From the IMG/VR virus record IMGVR_UViG_3300030390_001024, positions 11,861-75,860 of that record: 64,000 nt of DNA; one strand, 5' to 3'. The notes under the pieces are model-generated. The model was not told where the DNA came from. It made no database searches and saw only the letters and a program-made list of their open reading frames with translations. Position 1 is the stretch's first letter; every line of letters begins with the position of its first letter. Positions 17,519 to 26,839 of this stretch are shown here, piece by piece. A program made the position numbers and the translations under genes. Source of the stretch: a virus.

Positions 17519-20500
17519 CTATGCATATATTGTGCAGTTGATAGTTGGGTTCTTTCCGGTTGGTACACCATTAGCACAAGTTTTTAATTCTACAACAAAA
17601 CCTGTTGTAGCTTTACTTCTTACTTCACAATACATACATCCATCTCCTGATCCTATCTCAGGTACAACCATAGCTAAATAATCAGTATTAGCTCTTGTAG
17701 TATTAAAAACTACATCATACACAAAACCACTATTAGATACACTATTGTTTCCTGCAGTTGCAGATTGTCCTTGATTTACAATACCACCCTGTCTAAAAGA
17801 AAAATAATCAGTTGGTTGTCTATTAACTGCTACTGCAGCTCCACTTGATGCAGCAGTAAGTCTTCCTTGTTGGTCTACTGTAAGAGTAGTATTAGTATAA
17901 GTACCTGGTGTTACAGCTGTATCAGCTAACTTAACTGTTACTATATCTGTAGCAGATGCTTCAGTACCAATACCTGTTCCTCCTAATAAAGATAATGTGT
18001 TTCCGTCTGTAACTGAAAATCCTGAACCACTAGATGCAGCAACATTAAATGAAGTTGTTGATACATCTGTCCAAGGAACATTAACTACTAATTGTTCAGC
18101 AGCGTTAAGTTGTAATCCATATGTTCTACCAGCTGTACCACTTATTGCATTTGCTGCAACAGATTGAGGATCACTTGAAAAAAGCTCAGCACCACCACGT
18201 ACAGTAGATGTCATTAAAGGTAATGTGTAAGCTGTCCATGGTACGTTAACTACCATCTGACCTGCAGGATTTAATTGAATACCATATGTTCTAAGTGCAG
18301 TAGTACTTACTGAAACAGAAGCAACTGTTTGCACTGTATCTGAGAATAACTCAACTCCACCAAGTACGGTTGATGTTGCAACTGGTAGCGTATAAGCTCC
18401 AGCATACTGTGGTATATTAAGAACACCACCACTTAACGTAGCTGCACCTGAAGTTCCTGTTGTAGTTAAACTCACAAATGTTGGTGCTGATCCTGCTACA
18501 ATGCTAGTAACATGTCCTTGTGCATCTGTAATTACTGAACTTGGATAAGCAAATGTACCTGCTGTACCAAACGCATCATGATTTATTGTAATTGTATCTG
18601 GAGCTGAAGTAACTGAAGTTAATGCAGTTCCTCCTAATACCTTAACAGCATTTCCACTTGCAACAGTTTGTGCAAGCCCTGAATCTCCTTGTATAGTAAA
18701 GCCTTCATAGTAACCAGGCATAGTATTAATTGCAACCTTATAAACATTAGTATCAGTTATATCACTAAATGCTATAAAGTCTCCAGCTGCTGCTACTACT
18801 GTAGATCTTAAGTTAATGTAGTTATCAGGGCCTAAATAATCCAAGTTAAAATTAATTCCGGTTGCTGCATTTCCTGTTGTTATACCTGCTCCTCCTGCAA
18901 AATCTACTATGTCACCACTATTTATAGTAACATTTGATCCTGCATCTGCTTGACTTATCCAAGTATAACCACCTGCAGAACCATTTGCTGCCAAGGTAAT
19001 TCTACCTTGTGCGTCAACTGTTATATTAGCATTTGTATATGAACCAGCTGTTACTGCTGTGTTATCTAAATCAAGTGTAAGATTTCTTGTACCTGATAAA
19101 GTTGATGTTAAACCAACCCCTCCTAAAACTTCTAATATTTCACCATTAGCTACTGTTTGATTTGTTCCTACATCAGAACCAACAGTCCATGATGTCATTC
19201 CAGCACCACCACTACTTGCTGTAGTTATTCTTCCATATATATCAACAGTTACATTTGCATTTGTATAAGATCCTGCTACTACACCACTTGCTGTACTATT
19301 TATATTAATTGTGTCTCCTCCTGAATTAACAGTAGTTAAGGTACCTGTTGTATTTCTAAATTTGATTATTTCATCACCTAAAACCTCTATATTAGTACCT
19401 GTTACTGAATCTGCAAACCATCTATAGTTAGTTGGAAAGCTTGATAGTAATGATTTTTTAATAGTGCTGTCTGTTGCATCACTAAACCAAAAGAAATCAT
19501 CTTTATCTGGTGCAGCTGTTTGTGCATATAATATTGCATTAGTTGCACTAGCATATGTTATATTTACTGTAGGAGTTACCGCTGGTGCTCCCGTTACAGT
19601 TATCCCATTTCCACCTGATACTGAAGTTACTGTACCAGCAGATGCATAGTTAGGAACATTTAATACTCCTGAAACTAATGTTGCAGCTCCGGTTGTTCCT
19701 GTAGTTGTTAAACTTGTAAAAGGAATTGTTGGGAATGTAGCTAAATTACCTTGACCTGTTATATATTGAGCTGCAGTTCCTGCCCAAGTAAATCCTAAAG
19801 CTGGGGTAGTTGTTGGGTTTACAACAGCTACATCAAAAGCATCTCCTGCAATTGTTGCACTTACTGTAGTCACACTACCAGATCCTGCTGGTACCGCCCA
19901 TGTATTATCTCCTCTTAAGAATGTAGTATTACCTGGAGAACCTGTAGCTGATAGATCTCCTGTAATTGTACCTGTAGCTGTTATTGTTCCACCAGTTACA
20001 TTTACAAATGTCCCATTAGATGTTGCTACAGAAGTAACTCCATCAACTGGTAATGCTGCTAATGATAAATTTCCTAAGATTACTTGTGAAGCTGTACCTG
20101 CTCCTGCTATATTAAAAGTTCCTGACCCAGTTATTGGAGAACCTGTTATTGTTAATGCAGTTCCTGTTTCTGTTAATGCAACAGAAGTTACTGTTCCTAC
20201 ATTAAGAGTTGGGAAAGTAACTAAATCACCCTCTCCATTTATATATTGGGAAGTTGTACCTGCCATTGTAAAAGATACATTTCCTGCAGTTGTTACAGCA
20301 TTGCCATCAATAAACGCATTACCATCAGTTTGTAAACCAACGCTTGTTACTGTTCCTCCACCACTAGTAGCAGCAATTGTAACTTGACCTGATCCATTAT
20401 CTGTTAAACTAATAAATGCACCAGCAACTAACTTTACTGTATCTACACTAGCATCTGATCCTGTAAGTTTTAAATCTACATTAGCTCCAACCTGTATGCT

Positions 20501-20725
20501 ACTTAAATCATAAGTAGTATTTACACTTACTACAATAGCATCCGCAAATTGTTTAGCTGAAATTAAATTTTGATCCACTTTTGGTAAGTAGGCCATTGTG
20601 TTTAGTGAACTATCCCCTTTATTAGATAGTACAAAGTAATCGTCCTCACTTAGTACGTAAGGTAAAGGTTTTACAAATTTTTTCTTAGCAAATAATCCTA
20701 AGACATCTTGAAGTAGTGAGCCCAT
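17519..20725 (-). CDS. long tail/head fibre protein with internal repeats
   Basis: Very G/T/A/V-rich, with repeated GTVTSV, GSYTNANITVDxxGRITxA and YTLP...GGxELF modules and a beta-rich tip domain. Confidence 0.75.
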   Translation of the reverse strand: MGSLLQDVLGLFAKKKFVKPLPYVLSEDDYFVLSNKGDSSLNTMAYLPKVDQNLISAKQFADAIVVSVNTTYDLSSIQVGANVDLKLTGSDASVDTVKLVAGAFISLTDNGSGQVTIAATSGGGTVTSVGLQTDGNAFIDGNAVTTAGNVSFTMAGTTSQYINGEGDLVTFPTLNVGTVTSVALTETGTALTITGSPITGSGTFNIAGAGTASQVILGNLSLAALPVDGVTSVATSNGTFVNVTGGTITATGTITGDLSATGSPGNTTFLRGDNTWAVPAGSGSVTTVSATIAGDAFDVAVVNPTTTPALGFTWAGTAAQYITGQGNLATFPTIPFTSLTTTGTTGAATLVSGVLNVPNYASAGTVTSVSGGNGITVTGAPAVTPTVNITYASATNAILYAQTAAPDKDDFFWFSDATDSTIKKSLLSSFPTNYRWFADSVTGTNIEVLGDEIIKFRNTTGTLTTVNSGGDTININSTASGVVAGSYTNANVTVDIYGRITTASSGGAGMTSWTVGSDVGTNQTVANGEILEVLGGVGLTSTLSGTRNLTLDLDNTAVTAGSYTNANITVDAQGRITLAANGSAGGYTWISQADAGSNVTINSGDIVDFAGGAGITTGNAATGINFNLDYLGPDNYINLRSTVVAAAGDFIAFSDITDTNVYKVAINTMPGYYEGFTIQGDSGLAQTVASGNAVKVLGGTALTSVTSAPDTITINHDAFGTAGTFAYPSSVITDAQGHVTSIVAGSAPTFVSLTTTGTSGAATLSGGVLNIPQYAGAYTLPVATSTVLGGVELFSDTVQTVASVSVSTTALRTYGIQLNPAGQMVVNVPWTAYTLPLMTSTVRGGAELFSSDPQSVAANAISGTAGRTYGLQLNAAEQLVVNVPWTDVSTTSFNVAASSGSGFSVTDGNTLSLLGGTGIGTEASATDIVTVKLADTAVTPGTYTNTTLTVDQQGRLTAASSGAAVAVNRQPTDYFSFRQGGIVNQGQSATAGNNSVSNSGFVYDVVFNTTRANTDYLAMVVPEIGSGDGCMYCEVRSKATTGFVVELKTCANGVPTGKNPTINCTIYA

Positions 20726-20735
20726 TTTTTATTTT

Positions 20736-21080
20736 TTATAAGAACAGAGCAGATAGCTTTACGCTTGTCTGTGCTGAACATGTTATTGTTATATTACCAC
20801 TAGCATCATTAAAAGCATCAACTTCAAAAGGTCCTAAAAAACCTTCCTCACCAGCCGCTAAGCTAAGTACTGCATTTTCTTTTTTAAGTGTACCCAATAA
20901 AGGATCTACTACTGTTGTAACAACTGGAACTACTGTAGCCGTGATAGCTACACCTCCACCATTAACAACATGAAAAAATTGGATTGCTGTATTTGCAAGT
21001 GTATCACCACTTGCAGCTGGAGTAACCGTTGTAGGTTCCAAACCAGCTTGAGTTATTTGTTGTGCTGTTAATACTGCCAT
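20736..21080 (-). CDS. putative small virion structural / decoration protein
   Basis: 114 aa, T/A/V-rich, predicted all-beta, located in the structural block. Confidence 0.5.
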   Translation of the reverse strand: MAVLTAQQITQAGLEPTTVTPAASGDTLANTAIQFFHVVNGGGVAITATVVPVVTTVVDPLLGTLKKENAVLSLAAGEEGFLGPFEVDAFNDASGNITITCSAQTSVKLSALFL

Positions 21081-21090
21081 AATATTTTAT

Positions 21091-21336
21091 TTATTTTCCG
21101 TTTCTATATCCACTTCTAAAAGCAGCTGACTGAACTGGTTCTGCAGCTCTAGTAGACTTTTGTGGTGGATTTAAATTTGTTTTCTTTGCTAGCTTAATTC
21201 TAGCTGCAACCTTTTTCTTGTTCTCAGCATTCTGCAATGCTTGTTGAACAGAGGTAGGATTATAATATCCATTAGTTGTTTCTCTTTTAAAAGCCTCTCC
21301 CTGCATAGGAAAAGATGCTTTATTTGCTTTACCCAT
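21091..21336 (-). CDS. small basic hypothetical protein
   Basis: 81-aa K/R-rich ORF tiled in the - strand operon. Confidence 0.6.
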   Translation of the reverse strand: MGKANKASFPMQGEAFKRETTNGYYNPTSVQQALQNAENKKKVAARIKLAKKTNLNPPQKSTRAAEPVQSAAFRSGYRNGK

Positions 21337-21341
21337 AATTT

Positions 21342-21428
21342 TTATTTTTTAAGTGCATGGGAACCATCACAGCTTCCATCAGAATTCTGCGTGTTACCAC
21401 ATACACATTGTTGTCTATTATTATTCAT
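21342..21428 (-). CDS. 28-aa CDGSH-type iron-sulfur microprotein (not in ORF track)
   Basis: Manual translation gives MNNNRQQCVCGNTQNSDGSCDGSHALKK*, with CxC...CDGSH 3Cys-1His ligands. It sits 5 nt from both neighbours. Confidence 0.75.
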   Translation of the reverse strand: MNNNRQQCVCGNTQNSDGSCDGSHALKK

Positions 21429-21433
21429 ATCTT

Positions 21434-21775
21434 TTATTTTTTATAAGCTCTACGTGCAGTTTTTCTCATCATTCCTTTCTTAGTACCACCACCTTTTTTC
21501 ATCTTATTCATCATAGGATCTAATACTGAACCACTACCATTACTAAACATTTCTAAACCACCTGCTGCAGCCATTGTTTCCATAGCCATTGCTTGTGGAG
21601 TAAGATCTCTCATTCCATCATCTGATGATGTAAAACCTCCAGCTCCAGTCGCCATTAAGGTATCTCCTCCCATATTATATCTTTTCATTTTATTTTCTTT
21701 TTTCTTTTTTTTCTTTGCTGAGGAGCTTCCTCCTATTTTGTAATTCATTCCAGCTCTTGACATATTGTTTGGCAT
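21434..21775 (-). CDS. small K/M/G-rich protein with repeated xxGG motifs (probable internal virion protein)
   Basis: YKIGG, YNMGG, AAAGG, MKKGG motifs and a poly-Lys tract. Confidence 0.65.
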   Translation of the reverse strand: MPNNMSRAGMNYKIGGSSSAKKKKKKENKMKRYNMGGDTLMATGAGGFTSSDDGMRDLTPQAMAMETMAAAGGLEMFSNGSGSVLDPMMNKMKKGGGTKKGMMRKTARRAYKK

Positions 21776-21787
21776 AATTTCTAATTT

Positions 21788-22189
21788 TTATTTGTTATTG
21801 TTTTTTACTTTTTCTAATGAACGTCCTCCAAAGTATGCACCTATTACTGTAATTAAAACTAATTGTAATAGATCAACCCAGGAAGCTTTGACATCAAATG
21901 CTATAAAGCCTGCATCAACAAATACTAACAATACTGTTGATACTACTAAAAATATTAATGTCATTGGTCTTACGTTTTTACTTAACCAACTATCTGAATT
22001 CATATCTGAACTCCATCTTGTTGTTATTTCTTTCTCCATGTTTGCTTCATGCTTGGAGATTAATTCTTTTATCTTTAACTCAGCAGCTAGCTTTTCTTCA
22101 TCAGAAGTATGTAGCCCATCTATAACACTACCAATACCAACAACTAATTCTTTAGCTCCACTTGAAAATATTTTACTTAGTATACTCAT
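21788..22189 (-). CDS. holin (GTA 3TM-holin-like)
   Basis: TSDEEKL...RWSSDMNSDSWLSKNVRP, then TM helices and YFGGRSLEK. Confidence 0.8.
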   Translation of the reverse strand: MSILSKIFSSGAKELVVGIGSVIDGLHTSDEEKLAAELKIKELISKHEANMEKEITTRWSSDMNSDSWLSKNVRPMTLIFLVVSTVLLVFVDAGFIAFDVKASWVDLLQLVLITVIGAYFGGRSLEKVKNNNK

Positions 22190-22193
22190 AACT

Positions 22194-23555
22194 TTATGTT
22201 TGTTGAACTGCTACACTCCAAATTACATTTAACTCATCTGATTTTACTACCCCATCAAAATTGAAACCAAACATAGCATATCCAACACCTGAAATTGCTG
22301 ATGACAGTGTAACAACCACTGCACCACATTCAAGCTGTCTTTGATTACCAGATGGCCCTACAGGACCATTGGGAGCTGCACTTAATGCTACATCTCTTAA
22401 ATTTACTGGCCAGTTGCTTGTACCAGTGTCACTACAAGTATACCATCCTAATACAGCTTTATAAGTTTGTCCACCAGAAGCCCTTTTATTAGTAATCCTA
22501 TAAGAAAGCGTTATTGTATCACCAATTTTTAAGTCTTTTTCTATAGGTATACCAGCACTAAATACTGCATCTGTAGGTACTTGCCAGGATGCTGCTGCAT
22601 TCATAGATTGTGTTACATTTGTCCAATCAAGTAAATATGGTGAGTATTGAGTTGTAGTACCTGCTAAATTAGCTACAACTTCTTGACCCATCATTTTAAA
22701 ATTATCACCGGTCATAGCTAAAGTATAAGCATCATTAGTTAGATCACCCATCATCATAAAAGCTCTACCAGAACCTACAATACTATCTATAGTACCACCA
22801 CCTCCACCTGATCCACTACTTGCTGCAGTTAATCTACCCTGTTGATCTACAGTAATATTTGCATTAGTGTAAGATCCCGGTGTAACAACAGTGTCATCTA
22901 AGTCAATTTCTAACGTACCATTTAGACCTGATGCAGCCATACTAGTTGTAATTCCTGTATCTCCACTAATCAATAAATTAAATCCTGACCCTACACTTAT
23001 ACTAGGATTTAATCCAGCATCTGATTTTACTACCCAATTATATGTGTTGGTAATTGTTAGCTCATTAGCAGTTTGCCCAATAGTAATATTAGTACCCTCA
23101 ACTAATGTTCTAAAGTTAAGTGTCTCACCAACTTTATCTTTCCACACTTCTTTACCTGTTCCTACATTAGCTGCAAGATTAGGCTCTCCTAATGTTGTTA
23201 TTTCTATATAATCATCATCAGATGAAACAGCAAGAGTAAGATTACTACTCATTGATTTAAGAGATCTATAAAATATAGTACATACTTGTGTAGTTGGATC
23301 AACTACAGTTTTTTGATACACCCCTACTGTACCAGCAGCTGGTTTAGCTGGAGAGTTTGCATGGTCACAATGTTCTGCAGCAACATTTAAATCTCTTACC
23401 TTTATTACTTTTATACTTTTATAAGGAATAGGTGAGGCAACACCAGTCATGTCTGGTTCTTCGTTTACACCTAGAACCAATACATCATCAAGGCCTGCTT
23501 TCTTTGCATATACAGATCTTCTTATTAAACTTAATACATCAGTTAAAATGTTCAT
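22194..23555 (-). CDS. short tail fibre protein
   Basis: ANVGTG...LNFRTL fibre motif and a VTPGSYTNANITVDQQGRLTAASSG module shared with the 1068-aa fibre; shared N-terminal motif. Confidence 0.65.
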   Translation of the reverse strand: MNILTDVLSLIRRSVYAKKAGLDDVLVLGVNEEPDMTGVASPIPYKSIKVIKVRDLNVAAEHCDHANSPAKPAAGTVGVYQKTVVDPTTQVCTIFYRSLKSMSSNLTLAVSSDDDYIEITTLGEPNLAANVGTGKEVWKDKVGETLNFRTLVEGTNITIGQTANELTITNTYNWVVKSDAGLNPSISVGSGFNLLISGDTGITTSMAASGLNGTLEIDLDDTVVTPGSYTNANITVDQQGRLTAASSGSGGGGGTIDSIVGSGRAFMMMGDLTNDAYTLAMTGDNFKMMGQEVVANLAGTTTQYSPYLLDWTNVTQSMNAAASWQVPTDAVFSAGIPIEKDLKIGDTITLSYRITNKRASGGQTYKAVLGWYTCSDTGTSNWPVNLRDVALSAAPNGPVGPSGNQRQLECGAVVVTLSSAISGVGYAMFGFNFDGVVKSDELNVIWSVAVQQT

Positions 23556-23686
23556 CGTCCTTGTCCTCTATATTTTTTATTATAATTCTTACTGCTAGTT
23601 AAGTTTGAGCTTTTAGATTTGGAGTGTACTCCTGGTCTTTTAGCTCTCCTAGGTTTTACATAAGTACTATGTAATATTCTAGCCAT
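23552..23686 (-). CDS. 44-aa basic protein ending in YRGQGR (not in ORF track)
   Basis: MARILHSTYVKPRRAKRPGVHSKSKSSNLTSSKNYNKKYRGQGR*; overlaps both neighbours at start/stop. Confidence 0.75.
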   Translation of the reverse strand: MARILHSTYVKPRRAKRPGVHSKSKSSNLTSSKNYNKKYRGQGR

Positions 23687-23940
23687 TACTTAACTTCTTT
23701 CTTTTTTCTACCTTTTCTAGCTTTACCTTTTACTGCTCCGCCTACATCACCTATTTGATTAGCTACTTCTTTTAATGCTTTAGTTACATCTTTAATTTCT
23801 TCAACTGTTAAACCATATCTATACTGCAAATCAGAAGCTAATGCTTTTGCTTTTTCATCTACAGAAGTCTTTGACCATAGCTTTAGCCAATAGTCTTGTG
23901 GACTAAATGTCCATAATATACTCACAAATTTTTTAAACAT
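23686..23940 (-). CDS. hypothetical protein (amphipathic N-terminus, basic C-terminus)
   Basis: 84-aa ORF, first gene downstream of the TTTGTATATTA motifs. Confidence 0.65.
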   Translation of the reverse strand: MFKKFVSILWTFSPQDYWLKLWSKTSVDEKAKALASDLQYRYGLTVEEIKDVTKALKEVANQIGDVGGAVKGKARKGRKKKEVK

Positions 23941-23968
23941 AATAATTTATTTTAATACACTATATTAA

Positions 23969-24054
23969 TAATATACAAAATTTGAAGCACCCAGTCAAAT
24001 ATTATATTATATTTGTTCTATCTGGATGATTAGTGTATAATAATAATATACAAA
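23969..24054 (-). promoter_or_regulatory. two copies of putative phage promoter motif TTTGTATATTA
   Basis: Exact copies at 23969-23979 and 24044-24054; a third at 56581-56591. Confidence 0.5.
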
Positions 24055-24161
24055 ATATATTGCAATTATAAAATCATTAAGTAAGTAAATACAAAATATG
24101 AAAATATCATCCGTAAGGTTTTTTTGTCTTACCAATTTTTATTAAATTATAATTACTCAAT

Positions 24162-24194
24162 GGCTACATTTCTTACTCAGAAGGTGTGGCTTTT
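24162..24194 (+). terminator. hairpin + short T-run in the nrdB leader
   Basis: GGCTACATTTCT-tactc-AGAAGGTGTGGCT followed by TTT; G-U rich, so it folds on the + strand. Confidence 0.4.
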
Positions 24195-24225
24195 GTGTCC
24201 TTAACAACTAAATACATATAAAAAC

Positions 24226-25203
24226 ATGAAAGACATTTTTAAGCCTAGACTAAATATACTACCTTATCAATACCCACAACTATTAGCATACAAAGATGCA
24301 ATCAGACATTCTTATTGGATAGATACAGAATTTAATTTTACAGAAGACATACAAGACTTTAAAATTACTATTACACCTGAACAAAAAGATGTAATCAAAA
24401 AAACAATGTTGGCCATTGCTCAGATAGAAGTAAATGTAAAAACATTCTGGGGTGATTTATATAAACGTATGCCCATTACAGAAATTGGTGATGTGGGTTT
24501 TACATTTGCAGAATCTGAAGTAAGACATAAAGATGCTTATGCTAGACTGCTGAGAATCTTAGGGTTAGAAAAAGAATTTGAAACAGTTGTTGAGGTACCA
24601 GCTATTAAAGGAAGGATTAAATACTTAAAAAAATACTTAGATGGAACAAGAAGTAGTGATGATAAAATGTATACTAAGTCTGTTCTTTTGTTCTCTCTAT
24701 TTATAGAACACGTTAGTTTATTTAGTCAGTTTCTTATAATGATGTCATTTAATAAAGAACTTAATTTATTTAAAGGCATTTCAAATGTTGTTGAAGCCAC
24801 CAGTAAAGAAGAAGAAATACATGGAAACTTTGGTGCTGAACTAATAAATATAATAAAAAAAGAAAATCCACACTGGTTTAACTCTCAGTTCAAACAATTG
24901 ATTTATTCTGCATGTCAAAAGGCCTATGAAGCAGAATGTAAAATATTAGATTGGATATTTGAGAAAGGTGAACTATCTTTTCTTTCTAAAGAAGTAATTG
25001 AAAACTTTATAATGAATAGGTTTAACAACTCATTACAAAAAATAGGGATGAAAAGTATATTTGAGGTTGATAAAACAATGTTAAAACAAGTAGAGTGGTT
25101 TGATATAGAAATAACAGCCACTAAAGAAGGAGACTTCTTTTATAAAAAAAGTGTAGACTATAATAAAAAAAGTAAAAGTATAACTGAAGATGATCTCTTC
25201 TAA
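24226..25203 (+). CDS. nrdB: ribonucleotide reductase class Ia beta subunit
   Basis: Di-iron ExxH motifs ESEVRH and EEEIHG, YARLL radical-Tyr region, C-terminal DFFYKKSVDY. Confidence 0.93.
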   Translation: MKDIFKPRLNILPYQYPQLLAYKDAIRHSYWIDTEFNFTEDIQDFKITITPEQKDVIKKTMLAIAQIEVNVKTFWGDLYKRMPITEIGDVGFTFAESEVRHKDAYARLLRILGLEKEFETVVEVPAIKGRIKYLKKYLDGTRSSDDKMYTKSVLLFSLFIEHVSLFSQFLIMMSFNKELNLFKGISNVVEATSKEEEIHGNFGAELINIIKKENPHWFNSQFKQLIYSACQKAYEAECKILDWIFEKGELSFLSKEVIENFIMNRFNNSLQKIGMKSIFEVDKTMLKQVEWFDIEITATKEGDFFYKKSVDYNKKSKSITEDDLF

Positions 25204-25213
25204 AAAACCAAAC

Positions 25214-26839
25214 ATGGAATACAAAAAATATTACTGGCTTAATAATGATAGCAGAACGTTTCTGTCTAGAGGATATATAACTGAAACACCAGAACAAAGA
25301 ATAAAAGACATTGCTATTAAGGCAGAAAAATATTTAAATATTAAAGGGTTTGCAGAAAAGTTTGAAGACTATATGGCACGTGGGTTTTACTCTCTATCTA
25401 CACCTGTATGGATTAACTTTGGTAAACAAAAGGGGTTACCTATTAGTTGTTATGGTTCTAATATAGATGATAACTTAGATAGTATACTTAACGCAGGCCG
25501 TGAAATAGGAATGATGAGTAAGTATGGTGGAGGCACAAGTGCTTTCCTAGGAAACATCAGGCCAAGAGGTAGTGAAATATCTACAGGTGGTCATGCTGAT
25601 GGGCCTATTCACTATGCTAGAATGTATGACACAGTAGTTGATGTATGTAAACAATCAGAAGCTAGACGTGGTGCTTGTGCAGTGTACTTACCTGTAGAGC
25701 ATGCAGATATACTAGAGTTCTTAGATATAGGTACTGAAGGTAACCCTATACAAAACTTGCAGTATGGTGTTACCGTTACTGACCAATGGATGGAAGAGAT
25801 GAAAACAGGAGACAGGAAGAAGCGTAAAGTATGGGCTAAGATCATACAACGTAGGTCTGAGTTTGGTTATCCTTATATAATGTTTAAAGATAATAGTAAT
25901 AATAACTCTCCATACAAAGATATAGGGCTTGAAATTACAGCATCAAATCTATGCTCAGAGATTCAGCTACCAACAGATAGTTATAATTCTTTTGTGTGTT
26001 GCTTAGGATCTATTAACCTGTTACACTGGGATGAAATTAAAGAGACGGATGCAGTACAAACCTATGTTTACTTTTTGAATGCTGTTATGGATGAGTTCAT
26101 TATCAAGTCAGAAACAATGCCTGGGATGAAGAGAGCCTATAATTTTGCTGAAAAACATAGAGCAATTGGTTTAGGTGTATTAGGATACCATTCTTTATTT
26201 CAATCAAAGCTTATTGACTTTGAATCATTAGAAGCTAAACAACTTAACTCAGAAATATTTAGAACAATAAAAGATAGAAGTGAGATAGCCTCAAGAAAAC
26301 TAAATTCAGAATATGGATATAGATCTTTAAGAGAAGGTTATGCTAATACTACACTCATGGCTATAGCTCCTACTAAGTCTAGTTCATTTATACATGGTGC
26401 TGTATCTATGGGTATTGAGCCTATTAAGTCTAACTACTTTATCAAAGATCTTGCTAAGTCTAAAACAGTTTATAAAAATCCTTTTTTAGAGTGTGAGTTA
26501 GAAAAGCATGGTATAAACAATGATAAAACATGGAAGTCTATACTTAAAAAAGATGGGAGTGTACAACACTTAGACTTTCCTACTAAGACTGTCTTTAAGT
26601 CATTTGTAGAAATAACACCAAAGGAGTTAGTATTACAAGCTGCACAAAGACAAAAGTATATTGATCAATCACAATCACTTAACTTAATGATAGATCCCTC
26701 TGTATCAGCTAAACAAATCAATCAGTTATATTTGTATGCACATGAAGAAGGAGTAAAAACTTTATACTATCAGTTTAGTAAAAGTTCTGCACAGGACTTT
26801 GCAAGAAACATTCTAGAGTGTACTAGCTGTGAGGGTTAG
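25214..26839 (+). CDS. nrdA: ribonucleotide reductase class Ia alpha subunit (no ATP cone)
   Basis: PISC, ASNLCSEI, VCCLGSIN, APTKSSS, KTLYY and C-terminal CTSCEG. Start is probably 25214 (alternative 25190). Confidence 0.95.
   Translation: MEYKKYYWLNNDSRTFLSRGYITETPEQRIKDIAIKAEKYLNIKGFAEKFEDYMARGFYSLSTPVWINFGKQKGLPISCYGSNIDDNLDSILNAGREIGMMSKYGGGTSAFLGNIRPRGSEISTGGHADGPIHYARMYDTVVDVCKQSEARRGACAVYLPVEHADILEFLDIGTEGNPIQNLQYGVTVTDQWMEEMKTGDRKKRKVWAKIIQRRSEFGYPYIMFKDNSNNNSPYKDIGLEITASNLCSEIQLPTDSYNSFVCCLGSINLLHWDEIKETDAVQTYVYFLNAVMDEFIIKSETMPGMKRAYNFAEKHRAIGLGVLGYHSLFQSKLIDFESLEAKQLNSEIFRTIKDRSEIASRKLNSEYGYRSLREGYANTTLMAIAPTKSSSFIHGAVSMGIEPIKSNYFIKDLAKSKTVYKNPFLECELEKHGINNDKTWKSILKKDGSVQHLDFPTKTVFKSFVEITPKELVLQAAQRQKYIDQSQSLNLMIDPSVSAKQINQLYLYAHEEGVKTLYYQFSKSSAQDFARNILECTSCEG

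Noticed and set aside
21241-21483. 80-aa + strand ORF
   Set aside because: It overlaps three tiled - strand genes. The - strand CDGSH microprotein explains the interval better.
9390-26839. Introns or inteins in polB, nrdA, nrdB
   Set aside because: All three are contiguous and compact, with normally spaced motifs.
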